IMG/VR virus record: IMGVR_UViG_3300037470_000569
Span: 1 to 64,000 of that record
Source of the DNA: a virus
Taxonomy: Duplodnaviria; Caudoviricetes
Length of the DNA: 64,000 nucleotides
Direction: 5' to 3' (one strand)
Within the stretch, counting starts at the first letter, position 1, and the number at the start of each line of letters is the position of its first letter. The notes below the pieces were generated by a model. The model ran no database searches. It was not told the DNA's origin and saw only the letters and a program-made list of their open reading frames with translations. The translations under genes and the position numbers were made by a program. Shown here in pieces: positions 62,848 through 64,000 of the stretch.

Positions 62848-63812
62848 GCTTATTCGTTGAAGTCGACGACATGCGGTTCGGTTATCGTGACCTCATTGAT
62901 CGGGTCATACGTCACGGTAGCTGGACGAACCCGCGTGGTCGACGGACGCTCGAACTTTCTGATGTCTGCATCGCACTCCAGCAACCGACACACTCGGTGC
63001 CGATCGGAATTGGACGCAAGCTCAACCTTGCGGTCGCGTCCGCCGAATTTATCCAACTGCTGGGTGGCTACTCGGATGTGCACCAGTTAACAGCGATCCA
63101 GCCGCGATTCCTCGAGTTCACCGACGCTGGACGACTTCGTGGAGCATACGGTCCTCGACTTCGAACACAGTTACGACAGGTCGTGCGCCTGTTGCAGCGA
63201 GACCCCGCGTCTCGCCAAGCGGTTGTGAACCTGTGGCGCCATGACGAGCTGGAGACATCCAGTAGTGACGTTCCGTGTACGCTCTCGCTCGGGTTTACGA
63301 TCCGTGATGATGTACTGGATGCTCGTGTGACAATGAGAAGTTCCGACCTGTGGCTCGGAATCCCTTATGACTTTGCCCAGTTCACGGCACTCCAGCGTAC
63401 TCTGGCTGCTGTGCTGAACGTTGGTGTTGGGTCATACACGCATACATCATGGTCACTTCATCTTTATGAAGAGCATCTCGAACTCGCTTCGCAGCTCACT
63501 ACGCCGACTGACTGGTATGACTCGATGCCACCAGTCACCCTCGGCGTACCAATGATCGTAACTGAGCAGACTCCGGCCGACCTGGTTTGGCTCGCTACAG
63601 CAGATCACGCGCGTCGATTGGGGCTTAACCAACTGGAACCCGAGCAGGTGACTGCGGGCTCTCTGGTGCACCTGAAGCGGCTCTATCGGTACCAACCGGA
63701 CCGCCGTTTCTGTTCGTGGTGTCACTATACATACTTACCATCCGAGTCTAAACATCCCAATGAGTGTCACGAGTGCTATAAGCCACCAGTGTTTCATCGG
63801 GGTGGAGCATGA
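62844..63812 (+). CDS. thymidylate synthase / pyrimidine hydroxymethylase family enzyme
   Basis: GAYGPR, DPASRQAV, DVPC (catalytic Cys), MRSSDLWLGIPYD, SLHLYE; C-terminal CxxC…CxxC. Confidence 0.9.
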   Translation: MSLFVEVDDMRFGYRDLIDRVIRHGSWTNPRGRRTLELSDVCIALQQPTHSVPIGIGRKLNLAVASAEFIQLLGGYSDVHQLTAIQPRFLEFTDAGRLRGAYGPRLRTQLRQVVRLLQRDPASRQAVVNLWRHDELETSSSDVPCTLSLGFTIRDDVLDARVTMRSSDLWLGIPYDFAQFTALQRTLAAVLNVGVGSYTHTSWSLHLYEEHLELASQLTTPTDWYDSMPPVTLGVPMIVTEQTPADLVWLATADHARRLGLNQLEPEQVTAGSLVHLKRLYRYQPDRRFCSWCHYTYLPSESKHPNECHECYKPPVFHRGGA

Positions 63813-64000
63813 CACTTTATCGTACTTCATGGGATGATACGTGGCTTGCAATTGCGCACTCGATTGCTCGACGTAGTCGCTGCACTCGTGGTCAGATCGG
63901 TGCAGTGGTTGTCGACCCACGCAACCGAGTCGTTGCGGTTGGGTACACGGGACCACCCGCGGGTTATCCCAATGAAGGTCCATGTAGCGACTTCTGTGAG
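63809..64000 (+). CDS. dCMP deaminase (ComEB-like), truncated by the window end (not in the track)
   Basis: ATGA overlap; MTLYRTSWDDTWLAIAHSIARRSRCTRGQIGAVVVD..NRVVAVGYTGPPAG. Confidence 0.85.
   Translation, partial: MTLYRTSWDDTWLAIAHSIARRSRCTRGQIGAVVVDPRNRVVAVGYTGPPAGYPNEGPCSDFCE

Noticed and set aside
1-64000. Integrase, repressor-based lysogeny module, rRNA, CRISPR-Cas
   Set aside because: No supporting motifs seen in this window; lifestyle cannot be determined

Overview
The window is a gene-dense, moderately GC-rich segment of a tailed dsDNA phage (siphovirus-like; the proteins resemble actinobacteriophage ones, so the host is inferred to be an actinobacterium). The minus strand carries the virion operon: TerL, portal, a MuF polyprotein, protease, two capsid proteins, major tail protein, tail assembly chaperone, tape measure and minor tail proteins. 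A roughly 10 kb insert interrupts it between protease and capsid, holding plus-strand early genes, a tRNA-Met, a holin and a glycosyl-/methyltransferase cluster. The minus strand further right encodes a DUF1906 lysin, an ADP-ribosylglycohydrolase, a Prim-Pol/SF3 primase-helicase and a candidate iteron origin. The right end (plus strand) encodes Ro60, a nucleotide diphosphohydrolase, a thymidylate-synthase-like enzyme with Asp at the specificity position and a truncated dCMP deaminase. The most striking features are RNA-level and overlapping-gene elements: (1) four Y-RNA-like stems upstream of Ro60, two containing circularly permuted tRNA domains; (2) a 189-nt tRNA-shaped RNA after Ro60 with a ~110-nt insert in place of the anticodon loop; (3) a 103-nt RNA resembling the tRNA-like domain of tmRNA, with alanine identity; (4) long-stem RNA structures flanking a DUF932 gene; (5) an intein whose putative endonuclease is encoded on the opposite strand. 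Ten related sigma70-type promoters are visible. No CRISPR array, rRNA or integrase was seen. All family assignments come from motifs recognised by eye; no database searches or folding programs were run.
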